This document shows positions 36,623 to 50,197 of a DNA stretch of 64,000 nucleotides, one piece after another. This DNA comes from Hypanus sabinus. Lineage: Eukaryota. Below the pieces are notes generated by a model. That model ran no database searches, was not told where the DNA came from, and saw only the letters and a program-made list of their open reading frames with translations. The stretch is from contig NC_082709.1 in NCBI RefSeq assembly GCF_030144855.1, forward strand, positions 103,044,001-103,108,000, in the 5' to 3' direction. The number at the start of each line of letters is the position of its first letter. The stretch's first letter is position 1. A program made the position numbers and the translations under genes.

Positions 36623-38910
36623 TTTCAAATCTTTTTATTATATTATTCAAAAATAACACAAGTACATTGAAGTAACAACACTTACAATGCCTCAAGGAAA
36701 AAACTTGTCTTAAAGATTGAAAATTTTGTGAATAAAAAAACCCTACTAAGCAAAAAAGTGGGAAAAAACCCATAAGGGGTACAACCCCGGGGCCATGCAT
36801 CATACGAAAAGCTTCTAAAAATAAACATCAAACCGCCAGCAAGAAAGAATACATCAAAAAAAATTACAATTAGATCGTGGAGAAGATCTATCAATTAGCT
36901 CAAATGATAATAATGAGCAAATGAGACACATCTTTTCTCAAAATCAAATAAAGGTTCAAAGGTTCGACTTCTAATTTTCTCCAAACTAAGACACAGCATC
37001 ACTTGAGAGAACCATTGTGACAAAGTAGGAGCTGATATATCCTTCCACTTCAACGTAATGGCCCTCCTAGCTATCAATGTAACAAATGCAATAACATTGG
37101 TCAGACACAGAAATACCATGGATATTTTGAAGAATTATTCCAAAAAGTGCAGTCAATTTATTAGGTTGTAGGTTAATTCTGAGCGCTTTAGAAATTGTTG
37201 AAAAGACTGACTTCCAGAACTGTTCCATAGAACATGACCAGAACAATGTGGCTATCTCAGTTTTACATCCATCACAATAACTATCAACATTGGGAAATAT
37301 TTTAGAGAGCCTCTCCTTCATCAAATGGTAACAATGTACAATTTTAAATTGAATCAGTGAATGACTAGCACAGATCGAAGAAGAGTTAACCAGCTTCAGA
37401 ATCCGCACCCAATCCTCCCATATAAAAGTTAAATTGAGTTCCTTTTCCCAATCCTGTTTAATCTTAAATAAAGGATGCTTATCCTATTGTAATAATAAAT
37501 TAAAAATTTTTCCAATAGAACCCTTCATCAAAGGGCTCATACTCATAATAGTATCTAAGTCAGCCTCCAATACGTAAGGAAAATTACTTAAATATTTTTG
37601 TAAAAAATGTCTGATTTGAAGGTATTGTAAAAAGTGTGAATATGAGAGAGAATATTTATCGACTAATTGTTCAAAAGACATCAGTCTGTCTTCTTTAAAT
37701 AAATCCAAAATCGAATTAATATTTTTATTTTTTCCAAAGTAAAAAAATTGGATCACTCAAAGGTGGTTTAAAAAAGTAATTACGATAAACTAAACTACAA
37801 AGTTTAAATTTTTTGAGATTAAAAAAATTGCAGAACTGGAGCCAAATTTGTAAAAAGTGCTTAATCACAGGATATAGGTTTAAATTAGCAACTTTAGCTA
37901 ATTGTATAGGTAAAGCAACTCCCAATAACGAGGTTAAATAAAACTGTTTCACAGCTCTCAGTTCCAGGTCTACTCAAATTGGCCGATCATTCCTATCAAC
38001 ATGTATCGCAAATTAACAGCCCAGTAATACATCCTTAGATTAGGCAAAGTAAGACCCCCATCCTTTTTCAACTTTTGTAAATGACATTTACTAATTCTTG
38101 GTTTTTTATTATTCCAAATAAAAGACAGAATAATAGAATCAATCTGATCAAAAAACTTTAGTCAAAAAAACAGGAATATTCTGAAATAAATATAAAAATT
38201 TTGGTGAAATCATTTTAACTATATGAATATGACCAACAAGTGAATATGTAAGTGGACTCCATCTACTAAATAAATACTTCATAAAATCCACTAAGGAAAC
38301 AAAATTGGCTTTATAGAGATCCTTACATTTTTTAGTAATTATAACACCTAAGTGTCTAAAAGAATCCATAACTTTAAAGGGAATATTATCATATATAGAG
38401 ACAGATTCATTTAAAGGAAGCAATTCACTTTTACTAAAATTTATTTTATATCCTGAAAAATCTCCAAATTCATTAAATAATTTTAGCAAAGCAGGAATAG
38501 ATTCATCAGGTTTAGATATATAAACCAATAAATCATCAGCGTAAAGAGAGATCTTGTGCATGGTCTCATTCACAAAAATCCCATGAATATTTTTGGCTTC
38601 ACAAAGAGCAATAGCAAGGGGTCCTAATATTAAGTTAAATAACAAAGGACTGAATGGACAACTTTGTCTTGTCCCCCGTGATAGCTGAAAAAAAAGACCT
38701 ACAGTTGTTAGTAACAACAGTAGCAATAGCAGCTTTATATATCATTTTAATCCAATTATTAAAATTAGCACCAAAACCAAATTTTTCTAAAACATTAAAT
38801 AAATATTTCCATTCGACTCGGTCAAACACTTTTTCAGCATCCAAAGATACAACGCATTGTGGAGTTTTCGAAGAGGGTGAATATATAATGTTAAATAGTC
38901 TCCGAACATT

Positions 38911-39354
38911 TGAAACACCAAAGAACAACAGACAGTTCCATCTCTGCATCGGGGTAGCTCCGAGTAGCCGTTACGGCCAGCAACCTTGGCTGGCTACAGA
39001 AACAATCGGATCCCTACCTAGCTCAGAGTGGCTGACAGCCACCCGGCAGGCACAGGAAACAGCCAAATCCATACCACAATGATGGCTCCGACTACTGACA
39101 GCAAGGCTCCAAGAATAATGGTTCTCCATCCCAGCCTAAAGATAGCAAGTGGCCATTCTAGCCTTCCACCAGCCATTTGCTCCCAGGAAGCTTGACAAGA
39201 CAACCACACTCAATCCCAGGGCCACTTATATTCCCAGCCAACAAGATGAGCATCAGGTGCTTATGGTTAAGTCCAACTGAAACAAAGGGCAGCTGGAGGA
39301 TCTGGAGTCCAGAGTCCGCGGACCGGACTGTGGACTTCGGACCGGACCTTGACA
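38911..39354 (-). mobile_element. LTR-like element, probably a solo or partial Gypsy LTR
   Basis: On the minus strand it begins TGTCA, has short GTCCG repeats and a TATAAG box, and ends in CA. Non-coding. Confidence 0.5.
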
Positions 39355-39359
39355 GACCA

Positions 39360-40520
39360 GGCATATAGATGAGGATAGTGCAGTGGATGTGATCTACATG
39401 GGTTTTAGTAAGGCATTTGACAAGGTACCACACGGTAGGCTTATTCGGAAGGTTAGAAGGCATGGGATCTAGGGTGGTTTGGCCAGGTAGATTCAGAATT
39501 GGCTTGCGTGCAGAAGGCAGAGGGTCGTGGTGGAGGGTGTACATTCAGATTGGAGGGTTGTGACTAGTGGAGTCCCATGAGGATTGGTTGTGAGACCTCT
39601 GCTTTTCGTGGTTTTTATTAACGACCTGGATGTGGGGGTAGAAGGCTGGTTTGGCAAGTTTGCAGACGACACATAGGTTGGTAGTGTTGTGGATAGTGTT
39701 GAGGATTGTCGAAGATTGCAGAGAGACATTGATAGGGTGCAGAAGTGGGCTGAGAAGTGGCAGATGGAGTTCAACCTGGAGAAGTGTGAGGTGGTACACT
39801 TTGGAAGGACACACTCCAAAGCAGAGTACAAAGTATATGGCAGGATACTTGGGAGTGTTGAGGAGCAGAGGGATCTGGGGTACATGTCCACAGACCCCTG
39901 AAATTTGCCTCACAGGTAGATAGGGTATTTAAGAAAGCTTATGGGGTGTTAGCTTTCGTAAGTCGAGGGATAGAGTTTGAGTCACAGGATAATGATGCAG
40001 CTCTATAAGACTCTGGTTAGGCCACACTTGGAGTACTGTGAACAGTTCTGGTCGCCTCACTATAGGAAGGATGTGGAAGCATTGGAAAGGGTACAGAGGA
40101 GATTTACCAGGATGCTGCCTGGTTTAGACAGTATGCATTATTATACTTGGGCTTTACTCTCTGGAGAGAAGGAGGATGAGAGGAGACAAGTTAGAGGTAT
40201 AACAAGATATTAAGAGGAATAGATAGAGTTGACAGCCAGCGCCTCTTCCCCAGGGCATCACTGCTCAATACAAGAGGATATGGCTTCAAGTTAAAGGGAG
40301 GAAAGTTCAAGGGGGATATTAGAGGAAGGTTTTTCACTCAGAGACTGGTTGGTGTGTGGAATGCACTGCCTGAGTCAGTGGTGGAGGCAGATACACTAGT
40401 GAAATTTGAGAGACTACTAGACAGGTATATGGAGGAATTTAAGGTGGAGGGTTAAATGGGAGGCAGGGTTTAAGGGTCAGCACAACATTGTGGGCCAAAT
40501 GGCCTGTACTGTCTACGTTC
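39360..40520 (+). mobile_element. 5'-truncated CR1 LINE nested in the L1-like element
   Basis: FSKAFDKVPH, FADDT and LVRPHLEYC motifs; CR1 3' hairpin and tail. Confidence 0.93.
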
Positions 40521-41025
40521 TATATAAAAAGAATACCGACCCTTTGTAAAGCCTGTTTGATCTTTAAAAGTACTTTTACCCCAAATACTCTCTAACCAAT
40601 TAGCCATTATCTTTGACAGAATCTTAGCATCAACATTCAATAATGAAATAGGTCTGTATGAGGCAGAATCAGTAGGATCTTTATCCTTTTTAAGAATTAA
40701 AGAAATAGAAGCCTCATAAAAAGTAGAGGGTAAATCATCTTTCACAAAAGAATCTTTGAACATCAACATATATGGAGAAAGTAATTTTCCAAATTTTTAA
40801 ATACAATTCTACAGGATGACCATCAAGTCAAGGGGCTTTACCAGATTGCATTGAAAAAATAGCTTAATGAATTTCAGATTCAGTAATTTGGGCATCAAGA
40901 GTTTTTTTGATCCTCAGCAGAAATTTTAAGAAAAGCAATCTTTCATAAAAAAGCATTCATTTCAGAAGAATCTACTGGATATTGAGATTTATAAAGTTCA
41001 ATATAAAAATCTTGAAAAATCTTAT

Positions 41026-42375
41026 TAATTTCTGGAGATCAATGCAAACCCTCAGAGTGCCAACCTTCTTGAGGATGTTAACACCAGGACAGCTTCACTC
41101 ACTATTTGAAGGCTCAATGACTCCCAGCTCCAGCGTAGTCTGGATTTCATCCTTCAGGTCTCTCACAAGTCGTTCTGGCACTCCGTAGCAGTGTTGGCAT
41201 ACTGAACCCAGGTTGAATGTCCTGGCCTCTACTGGAAAAGCTCTGAAAGATCAGCAAACACCCTCTACAGCTCCAGGTCAATTTTCCTAGGGCCCTTCCA
41301 GGCCTCCATGGCCCCTTCCAAGTTATCATCAATGGGTACTTCATCTGTACAAGTATCAACAGAGGCAGGAGAACCAGCACATTTCCCACAGTGCCATTGC
41401 CGGTATGACTTTATAGGCTTGTGGTTTCTCCCTCACACAAACTAGCATCCAAGTCAGGCAGAAATTATAATCCAGACAAAATATGAAACAGCGCTATCTA
41501 CACCTGGATTTTCAGATGAATGCGATTGGCTATTTCCCTTCCTTGGTAATTCATGTAACACAGATTGTCTCTCCCCAGAATCATGTGAACTGGTCATTTC
41601 TCCAGCACCAGACTTTCATCAAGTACTTGTGGTCATCCAGTTCTATAGTGAGTTCTGCCAGTAGCTCAGACTTCCAATAGCCATGGACACATTGGACAGG
41701 TGTTTGGTGACTGTACCCAACACCAAAGGCATGACTTTCCTTAACAATTGACAGCGAGTACCAGAATCTAAGAAAGCTCTAACAGTTTTTCCATTAACTT
41801 TGACTATTATAAACTGGCTCTTTCTCCTCACATTCTGCTTGTTTTCCATGACCAAGCTCACAATTATTACAGTCAATATTGTATCATCATCATTATCATC
41901 ACATTTCTCTCTTGGTACATATCACATCCCTGACAATTTGGGATTCTTGAGAGGACACACAGAGGATTTATGACCTGGCTGTTGACAGTGGTGGCAAATA
42001 AAACTCTTAGAAGAAACTATCAAAGATTCTTTGGCCTCATTTACAACCATAGAACATTACAGCACAGAAACAGGCCTTTTGGCCCTTCTTGGCTGTGCCA
42101 ATTTCTTCCATTTCCCACTTCCACAGAGTTACCCTTAGGGTCCCTTGGAGTACGATTTTCTGTTGCTTTGAAATTATCAATGTAATGACACCCCTTGGTA
42201 CTGCAGGATAAGTTGGGCGAGAGTGAGTCTATCAATTGGCTCATCGTCTCAGACCCATGTTCTGGTGTCTGGAGAAAGAACTCTAAAACAATGGCCACAT
42301 CAAACTCCTTGACTTCTGCTCAGATCGAATCCATCAGTGGTGGAGACCCTTCAGGGTGAGTCTCAGTATTTGACT
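41026..42375 (-). mobile_element. Degraded Ty3/Gypsy LTR retrotransposon (Gmr1-like): SCAN-like gag, CCHC knuckle, protease, start of RT
   Basis: IVLEFF..PDTRTWV*DDEP (about 42195-42345); CHHCQQPGHKSSVC (41955-41996); VNGKTVRAFLDSG (DSG at 41760-41768); YGVPERL..LKDEI..LELGVIEPSNSE*S.P...KKVGTLRVCIDLQKL (about 41200-41026). A small CR1 tail is inserted at about 42046-42100. Confidence 0.85.
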
Positions 42376-42376
42376 C

Positions 42377-43373
42377 CATAAGACATAGGAGCAGAATTAG
42401 GCCATTTGGCCCATCGAGTCTGCTCTGTCATTCAATCATGGCTGTTCCTTTTTTTCCCCCTCCTCAGCCTCCCTCCCCAGCCTTCTCCCTGATCTTTGAT
42501 ACTGTATCCAATCAAAAACCTTTCAAGCTCTGTCTTAAATACACCAAATGACCTGGCCTCTACAGCTGCCTGTGGTAATAAATTCTGCAAATTTACCACC
42601 ATTTGACAAAGGAAATTTCTCCACATCTGTTTTAAATGGACACACCTCTATCCTGAAGCCGTGCCCTCTTGTCTTAGACTCCCCCACCTTCCTACATCTA
42701 CTCTGTCTAGGCCTTTCAAATTTCGAAAGGTCTCAATGAGATCCCTCCTCATCCTTCTAAATTCCAGTGAGTACAGATCCAGAGCTATGATAACAGTTCC
42801 ATTCCCAGAATCATCCTTATGAACCTCCTCTGAATCCTCACCAATGCCAGCACATTTTTTTTTTAGGTGAGGAGTGCAAAATTGTTCACAATACTCAAAG
42901 TGAGGCCTCACCAGTCCCTTATAAAGCTTCAGCTTCACATCCCTGCTCTTGTATTCTAGACCTCTTGAAATGAATGCTAACATTGCATTTGCCTTCCTCA
43001 CCACCAATTCTTCTGCAATTTAACCTTTAGGGTGCTCTGTACGAGGACTCTTAAGTCCCTTTGCATCTCAGATTTTTGGAATTTCTCCCCATTTAGAAAA
43101 TAGTCTGCACATTTATCTCTACTAACAAAGTGCATGACCATGTGCATTTTCCAACATTGCAATTAATTTGCCACTTTCTTGCCTATTCTCCTAATCCAAG
43201 TCCTTCAGCAGTTTACCTGTTTCCTCAACATAACCAGTCCCTCCACCAATCTTCATATTATCTGCAAACTTGGCAACAAAGCCAATCTATTCCATCATCT
43301 AAATCATTGATATACAGCATAAAAAGCTGTCCCAAAGCCAACCCCTGTGGAAAACCACTAGTCACTGGCAGCT
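42377..43373 (-). mobile_element. 5'-truncated CR1 LINE
   Basis: VVRKANAMLAFISRGLEYKS..LVRPHFEYC; tail CCTATGTCTTATG. Confidence 0.9.
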
Positions 43374-43689
43374 ATAACACTAGAAAGTGGGCCCTTGAGA
43401 CCTTCAGTACTACCTCCTTAGCAGAAAGTTTGACGTCTACATGGAAAATGTTACTGCATACTACGTGTCTTAGATGCCAAGTATCATTGCCGCAGGAGAG
43501 GAGTGTGGTAAGTGACAAAGAGCATTCTGTACACATGTGCATTTACAGATATATTGCCTCATCATTCTGCTGTTGTGGTGTTTCAATGTCTCTCCCCCCC
43601 CCCCCCAGTATAATAATAGGTCCTAAAGGGTTTGGCTTTTTTGTGCTTTTCCCACAAACACTTTGAAATATTCCATTTCTTTAGTAATA

Positions 43690-44063
43690 GGAATGTGTAA
43701 ATGTGCATATGTTGATTGCATACAGTATTTAAGGTAGATATTTCCATTTATTTTGTGATAAGATTGTAACTACATTATGAGATGTGTCATAATCTGATTC
43801 CTGTGTAACTGTACATTGACTTTGTTGGTAATTAAAAATGGTATGTCCTAGTGCCTTTTAAAACTGGACAGTTCACTCTCAGTAGCAGAGAGAGAGAGAT
43901 TGAGCTGCCAGGAATTTACGCTGGATAAAGTATAGAGCTGTTATTGTGCTTTCTGGTAGATATATTTTTGTAAATATTGGCAGTTTTCTTAATTTTTCAA
44001 ATTTCTTACGTTTTGGGTAATTTTTGTAAATTTGATTTTCTGACACACCGAACACCCTCACAC
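43690..44063. repeat. LTR-like repeat, copy 2
   Basis: Homologous to 36400-36622; on the + strand it has TTTAAAA, a (GA)n tract and ends in CACA. Confidence 0.7.
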
Positions 44064-44094
44064 AAAAATGCTAAGTGATTCCAGCCACATTTTG

Positions 44095-45005
44095 TAACCC
44101 ATGTATCACAACACTCACAGAAACAGGCCCTGCCACCTACCAATTCCTAGTTGACGATTAAGTACTCAGTTATTCCAATCCTATTAGAATACCTACCTGG
44201 TCTATACCATTCTATGCATTTGCAATCCAACTACTCATCTAAATATTCAAATACTACACTGCCTCAACAACTCCCTCAGTGTGTTCCACATTCCAATTAT
44301 ACTCCAAGTACACAAATTTCTCCTCAGATAATCTCCAAACTTCTTACCTTAAACATACATCCACTAGTTTAATATTACAGTCAGGTAAAAGTAGAACATG
44401 GAACAATTTTTGTTTCAGGATTACTAAATAAATTACAGTTGGTTTTATGGTCTGGCCAATGTTACCATACTTCTATTGTAAGGATCTGAAAGAGGTACAT
44501 GGTCAGATATATGGAAATGGGCAGATAGGAACATAGTACATTACAGCACAGGAACAATGTTGTGCCAAATCAATTAAATTAGTAATGGTAAACTAATCCC
44601 TTCTGCCTATACAATGTCTATATCCTTCTATTTCCCTCACATTCATGATCTGAACACCTCTTTAAATCCCTAGTGCATCCGCCTCTGCTACCTCCCAAGG
44701 CAGCACATTCCAGTCACCCATCACTGGGGAAAAAAAAACTTGCCCGTCACGTCTCCTTTGAACTTACCCCTTCTCACCTTAAATGCATGTCCTCTGGTCT
44801 CAGCCATTTCAACACCAGGAAACACATATTCCCTGTCCACTCTGTCTATGCATCTCATAATCTTATAAACCTGTCATAACTCCCCTCAGCCTTCACTGCA
44901 CCAGAGAAAGCAACCCAAGTTTGTCCATTTGTTACAGCACATGCCCTCTAATTCAGGCAGCATCCTGGTAAACCTCTTCTGCTCCCTCTTCAAAACCTCC
45001 ACTTC
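44095..45005 (-). mobile_element. Degenerate CR1 3' fragments
   Basis: Inverted CR1 ORF2 C-terminus and tail (GAACATAGTACATTACAGCACAGG on + strand). Confidence 0.7.
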
Positions 45006-46754
45006 ATGCCCAATCAATAAAATAACCGAGCTTGTGTTTAAATATTAAAGAGCTACATTAAAGATACACTTAGAGATGAACAAAGTGATGTAAAGTGTAA
45101 AATTGTTAATCTCATCTTTATTTCAAGAATTGTTAAAAGGAACAAACATCACAGTGATAGCCAATATGTGATATAAAAATGCAATGACTCAAATGGTTTC
45201 ATTATATTTCTATATTCATTAAAGTTCTACAATGCTCTAAATTAATAGCAAGTTGTGCCTCTTCAAATATATTCAAAATTACTGATGACAATTTCCTATC
45301 CTCCAAGTAAAAACAATTCCTGGATTTTTCCACTCAGTTTTATTTTAACCTTATCAATATCTCAAATGTAGTGCACCCAGGATTTCTTCCAGCAAGCAAT
45401 CAGAAGAACTGAGGAAATTCCTTGCACATTCAGCCCAGAATTAGGAAACTGGATGCTATAATTCCAAAAAATGTCAGTAAAATTCTTAAGTAAAACACTT
45501 AAAAGCAAAATCCAAAGAAATATCAATTTGCAAAAGCAGCCATCTTAGGATTTCTTTCTTAAATGGAATTTTATTTTACTGGGGTAATTGTGCTTCAGTG
45601 GCAGGGTCAGCATTTATTGTCTATCCCTTATTGCCCTCAAAGTGGTGATGAACTGTCTTCTTGAACTTCTGCTGTCCTGGTAGAAGGTGCTACTACAGTA
45701 ATGTTGAAGATGCACAATTTAGAGCCTGTGCACTAAGGGACTATTGACTTTCAAATCAGTATGATGTGCAACTTAGCAAGGACTTTGCAGAGTTTGTGTT
45801 CCAATTCACTTGCTGCCCTCAGCCTTGGTTGATAAGAATTTGTGGCTTTGAAATAACATTGTTTTGAGTGATGGATGGGGTTCCTATCTGCCTTCCAGGT
45901 TTTATCCTGGTAATTAAAACTTAAGGAGTTTTTGTTGGAGTTGCACTCATCCAGGCAAGGAGTGAGTATTCCATCACACTTCTGACTTGCAGCTTATACA
46001 CTGTACAAAGCATTTGTATTGCCAAAAGGTACCCAAAACCTGAGTTGTTCGTCAATGACAGTATTATATGGGGTTTGTCCAGGTGGTGATATGAAGGAAC
46101 ACAATGCAGACAGTGACATGGAAACAAGATACAGAAGACAGAGTGAAATCAGTAATTCTGGTGGGAATAAATCAAGCAGGAGCTTACCTTTAAAGTTATG
46201 AAGTGCAACACTTTTTGTAGTAGATTAAGAGTGAACTTGAGAATGAGTGGTCATGCTGTGAACAAAACTGAGACCATTGGGTTTTCTTTTGCATAGTGCA
46301 GCAGGTTGTTCTATTGAAGTGTTCTGATCTTTTACACTGCAGAAAACAAGCCATGATATGGAACCAGTGACACTGTCTAAGACACATTGTGAAATAACTT
46401 CAGTGCATGGGTTTGACTTTACTGTGTCCAAAAGGTAAAGATACACTCTCTCCTTGCCTGGATGAGTGTAGATCCAATAAATACTGCACAGAATGCAGCC
46501 CCTCTGTATTTCTTAATCAACAAAAAAAAACAGAGTGGCCCAAATAATTTCATTATTAAGGTAAGGTGGTGGAGGAGGGGGGGGAAGAAGAGGGATGAGC
46601 TAGATCTTGTTTAGAACCAGTCTAAAGTAACCATTCAGATACAGTGGATGAGTGTGGTCAGGTAGAAAGTGGCATCTCCCTGCCCCATCTGCACTCCAGC
46701 TCCACACAGCCTTGAATTGTGTGTCAAGATGTTTAAAAACAGTACCAAGAAACA

Positions 46755-49700
46755 AAACAGCTGAGTCTGGCACTGTGGACCAGAAGGGAAGTGGGGTGGG
46801 GTGGGAGAAAAGAAGTAGTGAGCTTAAGTGATAGGGGAATTTATTGGTTCTGTGAACAGCAAGTAGGTTCTGTGGTTGAGAACAAGATTCCAAGATGTTG
46901 CCTTCCGGATGCCAAGGTCAGGGATATTTCAGACCAAGTCCACAACATTCTTAAGTGGGAAGGTGAGCAAACAGAGGTCGTGGTCCACATTGGCACCAAT
47001 AACATGGATAGGAGGGGTGATGAGATCCTGCAAAGTGAGTTCAGGGAGTTAGGTACTAAGTTAAAGGACAGGCCATCCAGGGTTGTGATCTCAGAATTGC
47101 TACCCATGTCACGTGCTAGTGAGGCCGAAATAAGAAGATCATATAGTCTAACACATGGCTAAAGTCACAGGAGGGAGGGCTTCAGATTTTTGGATCACTG
47201 GGCTCTCTTTCAGGGAAGTTGAGACCTATTCAGAAGAGGTGGCTTGTATCTGAACTTCAGGGGAACAATATCCTGTGGGAAGGTTTGCTTGTGCTGCATT
47301 GGGGGTGGGGAGGGGCGGGGAGAGTTTGAACTAGAGCTGTATGGGGATGGGAATCCGAGTGCCAGAACACAGTGGAGTGGTTGTGGAGAAAGATGTTGTA
47401 ACTCCTACATACAAAGTCAGGAATCAAACAGTAGGACTAATATCCTGAGCTGTGTGTACTTTAATGCAACGAGTATTGTAGGAAAGACGGATGATCAACA
47501 AGTGGAATTATGGTACTGCAGCCATTAGTGAGACTTGTTCACAAGTGGGACAGGACTGGCAGCTCCATTGGTTTAGAAGTGACAGAGTGGGAGGGGTGGC
47601 ATTACTGGTATGGAAAATATCATGGCAGTGCTCAGTCAGGACAGACTCATCTAGTGAAGCTTTATGGGTAGAACTGAGGAATAAAAAGGGTATAGTCCAC
47701 ATTAATGTGATTATATTACACACCACCCAACAGCAGAATTTAGAGAGAGATCACAGACTGCTGCAAGAAAGAAGGTTGTGATGGTACATGATTTTAACTT
47801 TCCACATTGACTGGACTCCTATACTGTAAAAGGGCGGGATGAGAAAGAGCTTATCAGATTTGTTCAGGGAAGTTCCTTTAATCAGCACATAATAGTCCAA
47901 ACTAGACAGACTAGGTCTCCTATTAGCAAATAAGGCAGAGCAGGTGACAGAAGTTTGTGCAAGCAAACACTTTGCATCTTGTGATCATAATGCCATTAGT
48001 TTCAAAGTAAAAAATGATAAGTCTGGTCTTCCAGTTAAGATTTCGATCAAAACCAATTTTGATGGTATTAGAAAGAATCTGGCAGGTGTAGATTGGAACA
48101 GACTGCTTTCTGATAAGGTGTACTTGTAAGCAGGAGGCTTACAAAAGTGAAATTTTGAGAGTACAGAGTTTGTGCATTCTTGTCAGAATAAAAAGGTGAG
48201 GATACAAGGTTTATGGAACCTTGGTTTGAGAGATATTAATGCTCTGGTTAGGAAAGAGGAGGTGCATAGCAGGTGTAGGCAGGCAGAAAAGAATGAGGTA
48301 CTGAGGAGTAAGAAATGCAAGAGAACAGTTAAGAAATAAATCAGGAGGGCTAAAAGAAGGCATAAGTTGCTCTAGCAGACAAGGTGAAGGAGAATCCCAA
48401 GGGCTTCTACAGATAAATTAAGAGCAAAAGGATAACAAGGGACAAAATTGGTCCTCTGGAAGATCATAGTAGTAATTTATTCAAGGAGCCAATAGAGAGG
48501 AGGAGATCTTAAATGGATATTTTGCATCTGCATTTACTCGAGAGATGGAAGTGAGGCAAAGTGGCATCATATTCATGGACCCTATAGAGATTACAATAGA
48601 GGAGGTGTTTTGAGGCAAATTAGGTGAATAAATCCCGAGGGCCTGACAAGGTTTCCCCTGGTTCCTGTGGGAGGTTAGTGCAGAAATTGCCGGGGCTCTA
48701 GTAGAGATATTTAAAACATTTTTAGCCTTGGGTGAGATGCTAGAGGATTTGAGGGTAGCTAATGTTGCTCTGCTGTTTAAGAGCAGTTCTAAGGATAAAC
48801 TAGGAAATTACAGGCCGGTGAGCCTGACATTAGTGGAAAAATTATTGGAAGGTATTTTTGGGGAATGGATATGTAAGTACTTGAATAGACAGGGACTGAT
48901 TCAGGATAGTCAAGTTGGCTTTGTGCCTGCTAAGCTTTGACTAACCAATCTTAAAGAGTTTTTCAAGGAACTTAGCAGGAAATTTGATGAAGGCAAGGCA
49001 GTGGATGTTGTTTAGCAAGGCCTTTGACAAGGTCTCACATGGGAAATTAGTTAAGAAGGTTCCATTTCTTTGACCTTCAAGATGAGGTAAGAAATTGGAT
49101 TAGACATTAGCTTCATGGGAGAAGCCACAGAATGGCAGTAAATTGTTACCCCTCTAAATAAAGGCCCACGACTCTTAGCATGCCGCAGGGATCAGTGCTG
49201 GGTCCTTTGTTGTTTGTCATCGATATCAGTGCTCTGGATGATAATAGGATAAGCTGGATCAGCAACTTTGTGGATGACACCAATATTGGGGCGTGTAGTG
49301 GACAGTGAAGACAATCGAAGCTTGCGGTGGCTTCTGCACCAGCTGGAAAAATGAGCTTAAAAATGGCAGATGGAATTTAATGCAGGCAAGTATGAGACTG
49401 GGAAATCGGTGCAGAGTAGGTCTTACACAGTGAATGGTAGGGCACTGAAGAGTGCTGTAGAACAAAGGGATCTGGGAATAGAGGTCCATAATTTCTTGAC
49501 TGTGGTGTCATAGGTAGATTGCTGATCCAGCTTATCCCATTATCATCCAGAGCACTGATATCGATGACAAACAACAAAGGACCCAGCACTGATCCCTAGG
49601 TAGATTTGTTACATTGGCTTTCATAAATCAATGTACTAAGTACAGGAAATTGTATCAGACGTTGGTGAAGCCTAACTTGGGAGTACTGTGCGCACTTTTG

Positions 49701-50197
49701 GTCACCTATTGTATTTACAGGAAAGACTGAAAGAGTGTAGAGAAAATTTACAAGGATATTGCTAGGACTTGAGGTCCTGAATCATAGGGAAAGACTGAAA
49801 AGGACTTTATTCTCTAGAATGTAGAAGATTGAGGGGAGATTTGATGGAGGTATACAAAATTCTGAGGGGTATAAATAGGGTAAAAGCAAGCAGGCTTTTT
49901 CCATGGCATTTTTGGATGGGACTACAACTAGAAGTCACGGGTTAAAGGTGAAATTTTAAGGGGAACATGAGAGGGAACTTCTTCAGAGGGTGGTGAATGT
50001 GTGAAATGAGCTGCCAGAGCAAGTGGTTGATGCAAGCTTGTTTTCACCATTTCAGAGAAATCTGTATAGTACATGGATGGGAAGGCTATGGAGGGCTATG
50101 ATCCAGGTGCAAGTTGACAGGACTAGGAAGATTAATGGTTTGCCACAGACTAGGTGGGTCAAAGGGCCTGTTTCTGTGCTGTGTTCTATGACTCTAT
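46755..50197 (+). mobile_element. Near full-length decayed CR1 LINE (esterase ORF1, EN, RT, tail)
   Basis: CCLPDAKV..VHIGTN, YFNATSIVGK, GNYRPVSL and QGSVLGPLLF motifs; tail TTCTATGACTCTAT. Confidence 0.9.

Larger units (their letters stand above)
36623..41025 (-). mobile_element. L1-like LINE ORF2 (RT and C-terminal Cys region), split by an insertion at 38911-40520
   Basis: SYRPISLLNVDAKILSK (40470-40769) continues across the break as GRYSFY|NVRRLFNII; also SLDAEKVFDRVEW, RGTRQSCP, ISLYADDLL and YCDGC..FWSC. Confidence 0.92.

Noticed and set aside
45944-46468. 19-bp perfect inverted repeat (CACTCATCCAGGCAAGGAG) about 490 bp apart, as MITE TIRs
   Set aside because: The sequence is part of an old LINE RT (EYSLLAWMSA), and I see no TSD; more likely two LINE scraps in opposite orientation.
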